NCBI GenBank assembly: GCA_043228905.1
Contig: JBHGNT010000018.1
Location: 10,788,001 to 10,852,000 of the forward strand
Length of the DNA: 64,000 nucleotides
Direction: 5' to 3'
Source of the DNA: Azolla caroliniana
Taxonomy: Eukaryota; Plantae; Polypodiophyta
Shown: positions 40,466 to 54,158 of the stretch, piece after piece
Layout: every line of letters begins with the position of its first letter
Numbering within the stretch: position 1 is the first letter of the stretch
Translations under genes and position numbers: made by a program
Notes under the pieces: model-generated
What the model saw: the letters and a program-made list of their open reading frames with translations, nothing else
Told to the model about the DNA's origin: nothing
Database searches by the model: none

Positions 40466-42444
40466 AAACATGTTCTGCAATATGCCAATTTCTATTGGAA
40501 GAAGTGTTATGCCAGTACGTGTGCGTAGGACAAGTGATTGCAGATCGGGGAGAACTCTAATAAAGCTAGGGAATTCTTCGCCAACCATGGAGTACGGTTG
40601 ACATTAACCACAACATACAATCTAGAAGCAAACGGGAAGATCGAACGAGGACATAGTCCAATCGTAAAAGCACTTGCAAAAGCATGCGACGAAAGGGTAA
40701 AGATTTGGTTGCAAATGCTTCCGTATGCACTATGGGTAGATCGCACAACGCATAGTTCTATGACCGATTATATGCCAATGGAACTTATGACCAGAAAAAC
40801 TCTGGTAATGCCTATGGAAACCGCAATTGCGATATGGATTATGCTACCATGGAAGGCAGAGATGAGTTGGGAAGAACTACTAGCGGTTCAGATACGATAA
40901 CTAGAAGGAAGACTAGAAGACATAACAGAAGCGATAAGTCGACAACAAGAAGCGTGATCTCTGAACAAACGTCGATTCGACAAAAAACACCGACTTTGAC
41001 CACAGAAGATTGAAGAAGGGGATTGGGTGATAGTGTACGATAGTAGTTTGAATCAACAACACCGGAAATTCGTTAAAAGGTGGTTCGGACCATACGAAGT
41101 TCAAAAGGTATTCGACAATGGAACTTACTGACTATGTGAGTTGGATGGAACAGTACTGCGGGTGCCTATAGCTGGGAAATGAGTGAAGATTTTCAAGCAG
41201 CGAAGTTATGTTGAACCCTATGTAACTTTCGATAAAATTGACATAGAGGAACAATCAAATATGGATCATGGAGGTGCAAAAAACGAAAAAAGTGACCTAG
41301 AATTAATAATTGACATAGGGGGAGAAATAGAAGGTGCTACGGATGAAGGAGAGTAACAAGCACTGGCAACTTCGGCACATACCAGAGGATGTGCAAGTTC
41401 GGAGGGGGGGAGTGTCATAGTGTATTTCATACACTACATAAAAAATGTATGGAGTACCCGATTCAATAAATATAAAGACATAAAAGAAAATATTTAAATA
41501 TATATTACATGCATAAGGTAAGATTTGAACCCTACACCTCCATGTTAATAAGTTAAAGCCATACCATTATACTAACACATCATGACTGTTAGTAAAGTAG
41601 GTTTCCATGTACAAAGTTTATTTCATGCATATTTTCTAGGAAAAAGCTTTAGTTAGAAGAAAACGCATGATAGAAAAAAACTACACGTGCACATCTAGCG
41701 TGCATGAACACTATTGTTGATAAAAAACGCATGAGGTTAGAAAAAGCATGAAGTTTAGAAGCAAGCATAAAGTCTATAGTTAGAAAAAGCATGGATTGTT
41801 GAGCCTCTCCCATCACTATATAAGGATGGGAGTAAATTGTAACTAGGGGAAAAAAATTATGGGGTGATTATTAGGGTCTAAATATTGATTAATATAATAC
41901 TCATGGGATTCGCCCAATTTCGATCTCTCTCCTCCAATCTATTCCAATTTAGTATTAGGGTTTTAAATATTAATAAAAACTAATAAAATATACTTGTGGG
42001 ATTCACAAGTTTCTATATCTTTCTTGTAATCTATTCATATTCTTATCTTACCTAAAACTTCTCTTCCTCCTAGTCCAAAACCTCATGCAAAGATCTGGCG
42101 CCGAAAGGCACGACACTGAAGTCGGTTACGTTTACAAGCTTCCGCACACAATTCTTTACAGTCTTCAAGCGGAAAAATGGGGAAGATGATAGCTCACCCA
42201 GATATAAGGCCTGAATCGTAGTAAAGGGATTTTAGCAGAAGAAATGGGTCTATTTTGATGAGATCTTCGCACCAATAGTAAAGATGACATCCATTCAAAC
42301 TGTGTTAGGTATTGTTGCTAGTATGAATCTGGACATAGCACAATTGGATATCAAGACAACATCCTTGCATAGGGAATTAGACGAAGAGATCTATATGCAG
42401 CAACCCGAAGGCTTTGTGGAGAAAGAAAAAGAGAATTTGGGGAA

Positions 42445-42950
42445 ATTTAAGAGAAAAGAAGAGAATGTCAAAAGAACATTTCAATGTTGTGTCCTTTCTC
42501 AAAGCTTGTGCTTGGTGGAAGTATCTTTGTGAGGGTTCTAGAATACATGCATATATTGTGAGAAAAAGGGTTGCTGGAAAAATGTAGCAACTATTTTGAT
42601 CAACATGTATGTTAAATGCGGTGCTCCTTTCAAAGCACAACAACTACTTGGAAAGTTGTCAACCTGAAATGTTATATTGTGGAATGGAGTGATAACTATA
42701 GGTGTACAACGATTCCGATGTCCAAAGTATTATTTCAGCCATCTCTCATCGGCATGGACACTGCAAATATCCATAAATCGAAAATGTTTTTAGGTCCCTT
42801 TCTCTTCATGAATGAATGGATGAATTTATGGTTAGCATTAGCTTTGTTTTGGTGGGTTCTTCTTCTCACCGAAACAGCCATCAACTTTTGTATTGCTTAT
42901 GATTTTATAATACTAGGGTGTATCTTTTGTTATTAAAGAAAAAAAAAAAG
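42445..42950 (+). pseudogene. Inserted fragment carrying a PLS-type PPR motif and an A-rich 3' end
   Basis: ATILINMYVKCGAPFKAQQLLGKLST*NVILWNGVI; ATTAAA then an A-run; flanked by an imperfect (A)GAGAAT duplication inside the copia RT. Confidence 0.6.
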
Positions 42951-43605
42951 AGAGAATCTAGTGTGTCGATTAAGGAAAAGCTTGTATAGTCTGAAACAAG
43001 CTCCATGCTAATGGTACAAGAAGTTCGAATTCTTCATGCTGGAACATGGGTTCCATAAAACACAAGCTGATCATTGTGTGTTTGTCAAAAGGTATGATGA
43101 AAGTGACTTCTTGATTCTCTTGCTATATGTTGACGACGTGTTAGTGGTCAAACAAGATACCAAGAAGGTAGCGACCTTGAAGAAAACACTAGGCAAGTCG
43201 TTTGCCATGAAAAATTTGGACCGGCAAAGCCAATATTGGGGATGCACATAGTTCGTGGAAGAACTAAGAACGTGTTATGGCTATCACAATAAAAGTATGT
43301 GACAAAGTTCTTGGAAAGATTCAACATGTCGGAAGCAAAACTAGTTGGGTCTACGTTGCCGACTAATTGCAAGTTGAATGCTAGGCAATGCCCAAAAGGG
43401 GAAAAGTACCATATGCCTCGGTCGTTAGCATTTTAATGTATGTTATGGTCTGTACGAGACCAGACATCGCATTTGTAGTATGAACGGTGAGCCGAAATAT
43501 GAGTAATCTAGGAAGAAAACACTAGAGGCAATTGTGAAATGGATACTCAGGTACTTAAAAGGCACCTCAAGGGTGTGCCTCAAGTATGGTTTCAAAAAAC
43601 CTATG

Positions 43606-44046
43606 TGTTAATAATTAGGTAATTAACTACGAGTTAATTAGTGCCTAATTATGTGAGTAGTTAAGCAGCGGAAGAATATATGATGTGTGTGTATGTGTGT
43701 GAGAGGAAGAGAGAGAGAAGATACACTTATGAACAATAATGTAAATGGGGAATGATTAACAAGAGTGTATATTAAAAAGTGTCATCTAAATACAAAAAAA
43801 CCCACAATGAGATATATATACATCTCATGTGCAAAGGTGCACATGTGTGAGTAGAATATGCGTACAAAGGTGTAAGTCCTATATTAAATGATCATGGGAG
43901 TGGAGGATCTACAATATATCCCACACAAGTACAAAATCATATTTAAGGCTTTAAGGTCAACACACTAAATAGATTCTATCTAGGTAACTACTAAGTTATG
44001 TGTGTTGACTAACTAACTAAATCTAGTTGAGCTTGATATCTCAACA
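43606..44046 (-). mobile_element. Solo LTR (copia-type)
   Basis: TG..CA ends, minus-strand start TGTTGAGATATCAAGCTCAAC, flanks CTATG/CCATG (1 mismatch). Confidence 0.75.
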
Positions 44047-45239
44047 CCATGCTCGAAGGTTTTACCAATTCAAACATGCCAGGGGACGTAGACTCAAGCC
44101 GATCCACATCAAGTTATGTGATAACCTCTGTAGGGGGAACAGTCTCGTGGCAAACAAGACTGCAAAAGGCTATGTCTTTGTCGACCACAGAGGCAGAACA
44201 CATGGTTGCGGTGGAGGCCAGAAAGGATATGATATGGATGAAGAACTTTCTCAGTGAATTGGGAATGAAGCAAGAACGATTCCTTCTTCATTGTGATAAT
44301 CACAGTGCCATACATCTAGCCAAGAACATTGTGTATCACTTTCAAACCAAGCACATACAAAGAAGGTATCACTGGTTGCAAGAGAAGGTGAATGAGGGAG
44401 AGTTTACCCTTGTGAAGATCCATACTGACGATACTGGATCCGACATTCTTATGAAACCACTACCTATGGATAGACTTAGAGTCTATCGATAGAAGACAAG
44501 ACTACCCAACCTTGCCCATATGGAGAGGAAGGAATTTGTACCTCCTATGGGAGAAGTCAACAGTCAAAGTCAATGGAGAAGTTGGTAATTAGACTGGTGC
44601 AGTCGACAAGCCAAATTTAAGATGGTCAATCAGATTAAACAAGCAAGTCGACTTGATAGTCGACTGACTAATTGAAGGAGAGTCGACTATGATAGCTAGC
44701 CACATTGAATGGATGCTTCAAGTTGTACCAACCGGATGGTCGACACAAGGCCGACCGGATAGTCGACATAGGAGTCAGCTAGTCGAATCAACTAGACTAT
44801 CGACTTGTGGGTCGGACAATCGAGTCAACCAGTCGTTCAATTAACTGCGATTATTATTTTTATGAAATAATAATATATTCCTCCTATAAATAGGAATATC
44901 TAGGGTAAAACTTAAGAGGGCAATGTGCATAGAGTTTTTGATGTAGAGTAGAAGTGGTATAGTAGAGAATAGGAAGAGGCGCGAGTGTGAGCGTGTGAGA
45001 GAGAGAGAGGCATAGCCAGAGGAACTTGCCGCCAAGAACCCTAAGGGGGTATTCTTTGTGTAACAGAGAGTTATAATCTATTTTTCCTTCCTGTACTTAT
45101 GTTTATAGTGAAAACCTACTGCCCCATGGTTTTTCCCGTTTTACGGTTTTCCATGCAAATATTGTGTATTGTGTATTCTCTATTGATTTGTTGTTTTTCA
45201 GTTTCCGCGCTGGTGCATTTTAATCTATCTTTCTCATAG

Positions 45240-46074
45240 ATCTATGGTTCAATCTCAACAAGTGATATACTGCAACAACCTCAGCAGTATCCAACTTGCG
45301 AAGAACCCCATTTTCCACGCTCGGACAAAGCACATTGAGGTGCACTATCATTTTGTCTGCAAGCGAGTCCTCTATGGTGAAATGGAACTTGTGTATGTTT
45401 TTACGGATCCACAAGTTGCCGATATCATCACTAAACCTCTCAGCATGGACAAGTTGCGACAGTTTTCGATTATGCTTGTTCTACAACATCTCGACTTGCC
45501 GAACTTGAGGGGGAGAAGTGAAAGCTAATGCAAAGGCGGAAAGGGGAGAGATGTCCAAGGAGCCTAATCGGACAAGGAATTCGATTTCAGAATGATTGAA
45601 GAAATTGGAACGTCTGGATCGGTTGAAGAAGCCGAGGACATGTTGAACGTGTGGATAGATGGAAGAAGATCGGCTAAGCGTAGACTAGCCAGATGCAGGG
45701 GGAGCGGTAAAAAGAACAGATGGAATCCAAGGCCAACTGAACAAGGGGGAGGCAAAGCCAAGATAGGCAAGATTGGTGGCAAAGTCAAGAAGGACATAGC
45801 TAGCCAAAAAACAACCAGGACCAAGACATGGACAGACGTTGTCAACGGCCTAAAAGAGGATGAATTGGAGACAGCCAATTCGGACAAGAGTGAGAAAGAA
45901 TCGGAGAAAGCCGATTCCATCGAGGGTGATTCCAAAGAGCCAAATCATATGAAGGCCAAGCGGACAAGGAGGTAATCAAAGTCGACGTCAATAAGGAGGA
46001 TTCAATGGATCGACGGGTGCCAATGTCGTAACGGTGAGGAAGCCGAGAAGGGCTTGAAGAGCAGATGTACCGAC
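45240..46074 (+). mobile_element. Copia RNaseH/3' region fragment, resuming at 63861
   Basis: HARTKHIEVHYHFV; homologous to 11820-12480. Confidence 0.8.
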
Positions 46075-46770
46075 TGTTGAATACGGGTTTCTAATGGACG
46101 TATTCACACTGTCTTCTTTGAACACACTACACTTAGGCTACTTCACTAAGTTAGTTAGTATATAAACTGACTTTGTAACCTAGGTACCAGTGTTGCTTTA
46201 AGTTGTATGTAATATACTCTTTACATTGTGCCTAACTATCTCTCTCTCTTTGGCGTACTAGTTGTATTGTTTGTCTTTGTTGCTATAGATGTTATGATCT
46301 TGTATCTACTAACGATCTTATAGGAGCTTATAGAAGAAGAGTGTCAATCTTGTTCCGTATTAGAAGACAACAATCCCAACATCTGGTATCAGAGCTTGGT
46401 CGTCTATTTGATTCTGCTATCGCCTTCTATCTAGTCTCCATCAACAACTCTCATTTGTGTATCCTGAAGATCTTAGGTGATCTCGACAGGCAACCTACAA
46501 CAAGAGTGTTTACACAAAGAGAAACGTGACGAAGTCTGCACTCTATTGTTCTAGGTCACTCTTGGTTATGTGATCATAGCCGCTTGGACTGAGACTTCTA
46601 TCTTGACTAGACCAAATTGTTGCTTCACTCGGCTAGGCGGAAATCAAATAGGTCATCTGACGCTTTTCTCCTACTCATCATAGTCACCTAAAGCAAACAC
46701 GACTCCAGGGGCAACCCCAATCTGTGTTTCATTCGACTAAATGACATGCTAGAGAACCAGTCGGATCCGT

Positions 46771-49700
46771 TGTCATGCCTTTCGGCTCCGGATCGTTACG
46801 TGAGTCGGGTGGGAACCGCCGAGGTTTTGGACTAGGAGGAAGAAAAATACAAATAAGGCTAGTAAAGAATAGGTATAAAGTTATAAGATAAGAATCTTGT
46901 GAATCCCACGAGTTTAGTATATTTAGTCAATATTTAGGTAGTAAGAGAGAATTATTTTAGCAAATTCGTGAATCCCACGAATATTTTAGATTGATTGATC
47001 ATTATCGAAAAAAAATCAACAAAAACCACAATGTGCTCCCCATCCTTATATAGTGTGGGAGAGACTAAGCATAGCTACATGTTTTTTTTTCTAATATGTT
47101 CATGCACACTAAATGTGCATGTGATGCTTTTCTAATCCTTGCTTTTATTTGCTAAATATAGTGCTCATGCACGCTAGATGTGCATGAGTCACTTTTTTAG
47201 TTGCTTGCGTTTTTCTATAAAATATTCACGCACTCTAAAAATGCATGATTTACCTTTTAATAAAGGTAGGCGCAAATAAAGCACTTATAGTTATTAAATC
47301 TATTTATAAAATACTAAAGGTAAGGTAGCATAATGGTAAAGTTGAGGTTTGGTTATGTGGAGGTATAGGGTTCGAATCTTGCCCTATGCACGTGATAAAT
47401 ATTTTGATATTCTTATTTTATTTATTTATATGTAATTAAATCGGTTATATTATTTTTACTTTTTCACGTAGTGTACAAAATACACTACGACACTCGCCCC
47501 CTCTGAACCCGCACATCCTCCGGTATGTGCCGAAGTTGCCGATGCTCGTTGTCTCCCCTTCATCCTCCGTTTGTCCCGCTATGTCAACTTTGTCTCTCCA
47601 TTTTGAGTAGACCCATTCTTTCCACCCGAACCATTGTCGCCATCCGATCCACCATATTCTTTGTTCTCTCTCGTCATATTCTTGGTCCTTGTCATTCGTG
47701 GTAGTGTCTTTTACTGGCCTCTTTCTTGTCTTCATCAACCTTGACTTTTTTCCGGATCGCTCTCGTCCGATCGACTTTCGGTTTGATCGGCTTCCGATCG
47801 GATTCGTATTCGGCCGAATCGGAATCGGTTGTTCGGTTTCGATTGAGTCGGTCTCCTTCCGGCCCGGTTTTGATCTATCAATTTCGGTTTTGGTTGGCTT
47901 TCTTTTCCTCGTTTAGACCAGCCTCGACCGGTCCAACCTCCGGTTGAGTCGGATTAGCTTCTTTCCGGATCGGTCTCGTTTGTGTCGTCTTTCGGCCGAA
48001 TTCTCTTCCTTTCGGTTCGGCTTTCTTTCGGGTCGACTTTCGATCGAATACTCTTTTACCCAGTTCGGCTTTCTTTCGGATCGGAATCCCGTCCGGATCA
48101 CCTTCCATCCGAACCGGCTTCCGACTTTACCTTTCTTGCCGCCACCTCCTGTCTCTCCGGTCTCACATTGGTTCTCGAATACAACCGCCGAAGTCTCTAG
48201 AATTAGTGGACAGGAATCCACGGTATTATCGTCCTCCATTGTTTCACCCATAGCCACCTCCTTGGCTATCTCTCCTTCGTATGCATTGGCTTCGACCTTT
48301 GTTTTCTCTCCGCCACCTTCCGTCTCTTCGGTCTCACGTTGCCTTTCGAACGCAACCGCCAGAGTCTCTGGAATCAGTGGTGGGGAAGTCTCGATATGGC
48401 CATCCGTCGTTGATTCGTCCATAGCCACCTTTGATTCGATGTCATCTTTCGTGGCGACCTCCTCAATCAAGTCCTCCTTGCTCTCTTTCACTGCATCAAT
48501 TATGCTTACCCCTTTTTCACCCGATGTTTCGGACACTTGTATTCTGAAATCTTCTTCTACACTTGGGTTATCGGCCTTATCCTTCATCGTTGTTCTTTCG
48601 CAAGACAAGAGGGTAGCTTGTTTTACACCCTCTTCCGTCGCACCATCATGTTGTATTTCGGCCTTCATATCGGCTCCATCGTTTGTCTTCAATCGACCAT
48701 CCTTCATCGGCCATGTCGTTGACAAGATTCTCATCTTCCTCTCATCATGTCTCCGGCATACCCTTTGGACTTCGGCCCAATCTTCGGTAAGACCATTCGT
48801 ACCGTCATCATCTTCGAGTTCGATCCCGATGTCCATCCTTTCTTTTCGATCGATCGATTTTACGAACATTAGGACTTTATCCTCCCCCACCAATCGTTGT
48901 TCCCGCTCCGAGAGTCGAGCAAGACGATGCTCGACTCTAGGAATGCTTGTGTTGCACTTCGGTGGGTCTTCTCCGATGCCACCCATTCGTCAAACTCGCG
49001 TCGATCTCGTCCCTTCGATCTCTCATAGTCATATGCCTCTCGTAAAGCTTCTTCAAAGGACCCCCATGTTGGATTTTGTTGCCGTATCTTGTAGATTCTT
49101 TCTTGTAACTCATCCGTGGCTACCGGACTGAAGGATATCACTTGCAATCCTTCCGGTATCCCACATCGCATCATCTCCCCTTTGTAGTCACGTAGATAGC
49201 GTGACACATCATTTCCGTTGAATTCCCCATTTCGTCGCACAAGCCGCTCTACTGCCGCCTTCATCTCCATCATCGCCCGTTGTTCTTGTTGCATCCGCTC
49301 AACCATCATCATCATCATGTTCATCGCCTCTTGTTGATTCTCCATCCCCTTGCCACCCATCTTCACGTCGGGTTCACCAACTGTGTCGTGCCTTTCGGCT
49401 CCGGATCGTTGCGTGAGTCGGGTGGGAACCGCCGAGGTTTTGGACTAGGAGGAAGAAAAATACAAATAAGGCTAGTAAAGAATAGGTATAAAGAGTTATA
49501 AGATAAGAATCTCGTGAATCCCATGAGTTTAGTATATTTAGTCAATATTTAGGTAGTAAGAGAGAATTATTTTAGCAAATTCGTGAATCCCACGAATATT
49601 TTAGATTGATTGATCATAATAGAAAAAATAATTAACAAAAACTACAATGTGCTCCCCATCCTTATATAGTGATGGGAGAGACTAAGCATAGCTACATGCT

Positions 49701-50107
49701 TTTTTCTAATATGTTCATGCACACTAAATGTGCATGTGATGCTTTTCTAATCCTTGCTTTTATTTGCTAAATATAGTGCTCATGCACGCTAGATGTGCAT
49801 GAGTCACTTTTTTAGTTGCTTGCGTTTTTCTATAAAATATTCACGCACTCTAAAAATGCATGATTTACCTTTTAATAAAGGTAGGCGCAAAGAAAGGACT
49901 TATAGTTATTAAATCTATTTATAGAACACTAAAGATAAGGTAGCATAATGGTAAAGTTGAGGTTTGGCTATGTGGAGGTATAGGGTTCAAATCTTGCCCT
50001 ATGCATGTGATAAATATTTTGATATTCTTATTTTATTTCTTTATATGTAATTAAATCGGTTATATTATTTTTACTTTTTCACGTAGTGTACGAAATACAC
50101 TACGACA
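46771..50107 (-). mobile_element. Non-autonomous gypsy element (gag only) with tRNA-Trp PBS
   Basis: ~720-bp LTRs 46771-47492 and 49384-50107; PBS TGGTGAACCCGACGTGA at 49363-49379; gag-like ORFs 48869-49366 and 47913-48986; no RT; TSD degenerate. Confidence 0.88.
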
Positions 50108-53100
50108 CCATCCCTCTCATCGCTGCAATTAACCGAAATAGGATCGGCCTAGAGTATTGCATATAATCCATGTTGAGAAATATCGGAAAAATCGAATCAT
50201 CAAATCCGGGTTCAATTTGATTAAGTCAGTTGATTGTAGTCACTCCGAACGGATTCATCTATATTCGAACCCGACACGACTTGTGTCCAACTCCAGCTAG
50301 ATCGACATCGAGTGAGCCTAGCTGTTGCACTCCACCATAGTTCATAGCTGACTCTAGACAAAGCGTACTCAACCAACACAGATGGCATCAACATCCGGCT
50401 CATCAGAGATGAGTCTACGGAAGTTCGGCGGATCGAACTTCAACTTCTAGAAGGAGCAAATGCATGACTATTTAATAGTCAAGGGGCAAATTGACCCCAT
50501 TCAGAATGAATACCCTCTAGAAGGATGCAAGTCGCTTGAATAGGAAAAGCTCGACAGAATCGTCCGAGCCACCATTTAGATGCACCTATCGGAGTCTGTG
50601 TACTTCACGGTGCAATTGTGTTAGACTGCCTTCCAACTATGGAAGACACTTTCGGACACTTGCGAAAAGAAGGTCACCACCATCAAGATATACCCGATTC
50701 GGCGCCTTTATAACCTTTGGATGAAAGAGTCTGATTCGGTCCAAGCACACCTGGACGAGTACGAAAGCTCAGGGGACGATCATTGAGGATGAACTAAAAG
50801 CAATGCTGCTTATGAGTACTCTACCTTTGTCGTGGGAAACTTTCGTCACAACCGTGTGCAATGTGTCGACCATGGCCGTCAAGTACTCTTCAATCACGAG
50901 TGCAATTATGACTAAAGCAACTCGGAGAAAATCGTTTGCTAACGATTCAGCCAACAACGCTTACATAGTACAAGGTTCGACCGACCGATTGAACATCCGT
51001 GGAAGAAGTTCTTCATGGCAGCCGAATAATCAGCGAAGTCGGAGCAAGTCCCGGGATAATCGAATCTGCAACTACTGCAAGAAACCCGGACACATCAAAG
51101 CCGATTTCCGTGCACTCAAGGACAAAAACGATAAGGCTCAGTGAGCCGAGCAAAAGAGTGGCTGACACGAGGAGATCAACTACATCGGCTCTTCAGCCGA
51201 AGTACTAACAAATGACCCGAATATATTATCAATTGAGAACTCAGTCGAATCAGAAGTTTTGGTTATGACTGAAGAATCGAGCACGTGGCTCTTAGATTCG
51301 GGTGCGCCCTTTCATGTGACTCCTCATCGATCCCAATTTCGGCAATACACGGCATGACACTCTGACTCAGTTCGAGTAGGAAATTCGCAACACTGTGACA
51401 TAATTGGAATCGGCACAGTACAGCTCAACCTTGCGGGTGGTTCTACATTAGTACTACACAATGTCTGACATGTACCTAAGCTCTCAAGTCCACTGATCTC
51501 GGTCGGACAATTGGATGAAAACGCATCCGTGTTGGCTTCTCATCAAGAGGGTGGACGCTCCACAAAAGGAACCTCCTGCTTGCTTGAGGACCGAAGATAC
51601 TCTCATTGTATCCTTTGCACGTCACACTCAGAGAGGGTGACCTGTTTTTGGTTGACATTCCCATGTCATCACTCTAGCACGGACGACCCGGACACCTCAG
51701 CAAGGATGGCATCACGCACTTATCTAGAGCCGGATACATCCCCAAACTCTCCTTCTCGGATCAAAATTTCTGCGAGCATTGCCAATACGGCGAACAGATA
51801 GTCGCGACACACCTAACATCTGCTCCGAGAGAATCGAGTCCACTCGATTTGGTCCACTCGGACATATGTGGTCCTATGCCACATCAATCCCACGGCGGTG
51901 CTCTGTATTTCGTCAGCTTCATTGACAACTCGACTCAGAAGGTGTGGGCTTATCCAATCAAAACCAAAGATCGTCTTTTCTCGATCTTTTCCGATTGGCT
52001 CGCCATGGTTGAAAATCAGTCCAACCGAAAACTAAAAAGCTTTCGGTCCGATAACAGGGGAGAGTTCAAATTAGAGGAATTCATCAAATTTTGCCGACAA
52101 TGCGGATTACGACGTGAATTTACGACACCTCATAGTCTGGAGCAGAATGGAATTGTCAAGCGAATGAATCGAACAATTCAAGAACGGATAGTTTCCATGC
52201 TCCAACACTCCGAACTATCGGATGGCTTCTGGGTAGAGGCCCTACTTACGGCAATACACATAATCAATATGTCACCGAGTAGGCCTCTAGGACTTCGGAT
52301 ACCTCAGGAATTATGGACCAGCAGTAAGCCGAATTACAACAACCTGACGATTTTTGGATGTGAGGCATATGCCCTCATCCCGAAAGATGATCGCTGCAAA
52401 CTTGCACCACGTTCCAAGAAATGTATTTTCCTCGGTTATGGACTAGATGGTGAAATGGGATACCGACTCTGGGACCCCGAACACAGACAGGTTGTCCGAA
52501 GTTAGGACATCATGTTCAATGAGTCGTCCATGCATCAATCGGTCAAAAAGCCGATCGAAGTCCGAAGGGTAACTTTTTCCAATGTGTCAACCCTTCTCGA
52601 AGGCCCAGCCCAGCGCACAACAATTGGTCAGCTTCATAGGTAGCTGAACCTTCAAACACCGACTTGGAGAATTTCAACTCGACACAGCCGAACGATTCGG
52701 CTTTGAACCATCGACCATGACACGCAACACAACTAGTCTAGTCATACCTCGAAGATCTGAGAGACTATCGCAACCCCTAGAGAGATACTCTCTTGGCATC
52801 TTCTTCATGGACGACTGTGAACCAAAGTCATACGAAGAAACATCGGTGTCAGCTGATTCGGCCACTTGGCATCTAGCAATGTAGTCCGAAATGAACTCCA
52901 CTCATGCAAACAAGACTTGGGACTTGGTCGAATTACTGAAAAATTGACGTGCTCTCCCGTGCAAATGGGTCTATCGAATTAAGGAGACATCCGATTCGGC
53001 CAACCCAAAATTCAAAGACAAATTAGTAGCAAAGGGTTTTTGACAGGAACAGGGTGTCCATTTCGAAGAAATTTTTTCGCCAATGGTGAAAATGACCACC

Positions 53101-54158
53101 CTTCACTTTATAACACGTTCGCGTTCACAAGTGGAAGGATTGCGCATTCCACTTGTAGAATCTTCTTAAAACGAAGAAAATACACCCTCTCTACAATAAT
53201 TGGATGCACTAGTATCACATGTTCCTCAACTTGATAAGAATTTGCAAATATAAAAATACATGATAGATCTACGAGTGGAGATCATTAGAAATCATGCAAG
53301 TTTAGACATGTTGATAAGTTAATGTATCTAAATAAAGTTCAACTATGGCTCAATATGGCACTATTGTGCGACAAGGGAAACACTAACTTAAAGACTTATA
53401 TTAATTAGGTAGGTTTTACAAAATTATGAGGTGTACTTGTATCCATACTAATAAAATGAGATATAATTTATACTTTGACCCATACGTGCATGTATGTAAT
53501 TGTCGAAAATGTAGGATAGTGCACATTAGGATAAGTGATTGGAATAACTAACTTATTAAAGTATTCAATACTTATATTAAAAGTTGATCTAATCTATTCC
53601 TCAGTTTGTTCATATGGGATCAAACCATATGTGTATATAATTGTGCACAATGTAAGGCAGTGAACTTTAGGATAATGTCGTGGAAATAACAAACCTATTA
53701 GGCTTTCATACCTGTATTTAAATTTGATCTACTCTATTGCTTAGGTGATTCACACAAGATCAAACTCCGAACGATAACGCAACTGGAACCATTATCAACA
53801 CACTACACAATCTAAGCAGCAATGGAATAGAAACATAATAGTTTTAACAATATAAGACAAAGATCCATAATAACAACATGGACAGTCATGGCAATAATTA
53901 TAGGGCCATGTTCTGTTAAGGTTAGCTTGGACCAAAATCAGCCTCCATTTAAGCTAGTTCATGTTTCTCCATAAGTTTGGTAGTCAGCTATGCACGCTGT
54001 GAAACCAATATCATAAATCTACTAATGAGGTATATAAAAATAAAATTGAAACATATAGATGATTATAAAGAATAGAATCCACTAGGTAAAACCCAAAATT
54101 TGTATTAATAATGTGAAATCTTAACAAATCGTCAGTGTCATATTCTTTATAGAGTCTA

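Larger units (their letters stand above)
37927..42115 (+). mobile_element. Non-chromovirus gypsy 3' fragment (RH/integrase plus 3' LTR), interrupted at 38653-40465
   Basis: Integrase IADRGEL...YNLEANGKIERGH; PPT GGAGGGGGGGAG; LTR 41413-42115 related to the LTRs at 46771 and 49384. Confidence 0.85.
42116..45217 (+). mobile_element. Degenerate copia 3' half (RT, RNaseH, 3' LTR 44537-45217)
   Basis: QLDIKT..LDEEIYMQQPEGF, LYVDDV, LSTTEAE, CDNHSAIHLAKN; purine tract then LTR with TATAAATA. Confidence 0.85.

Noticed and set aside
47944-49131. 395-aa plus-strand ORF
   Set aside because: Ser/Phe-rich antisense shadow of the minus-strand gag-like ORF
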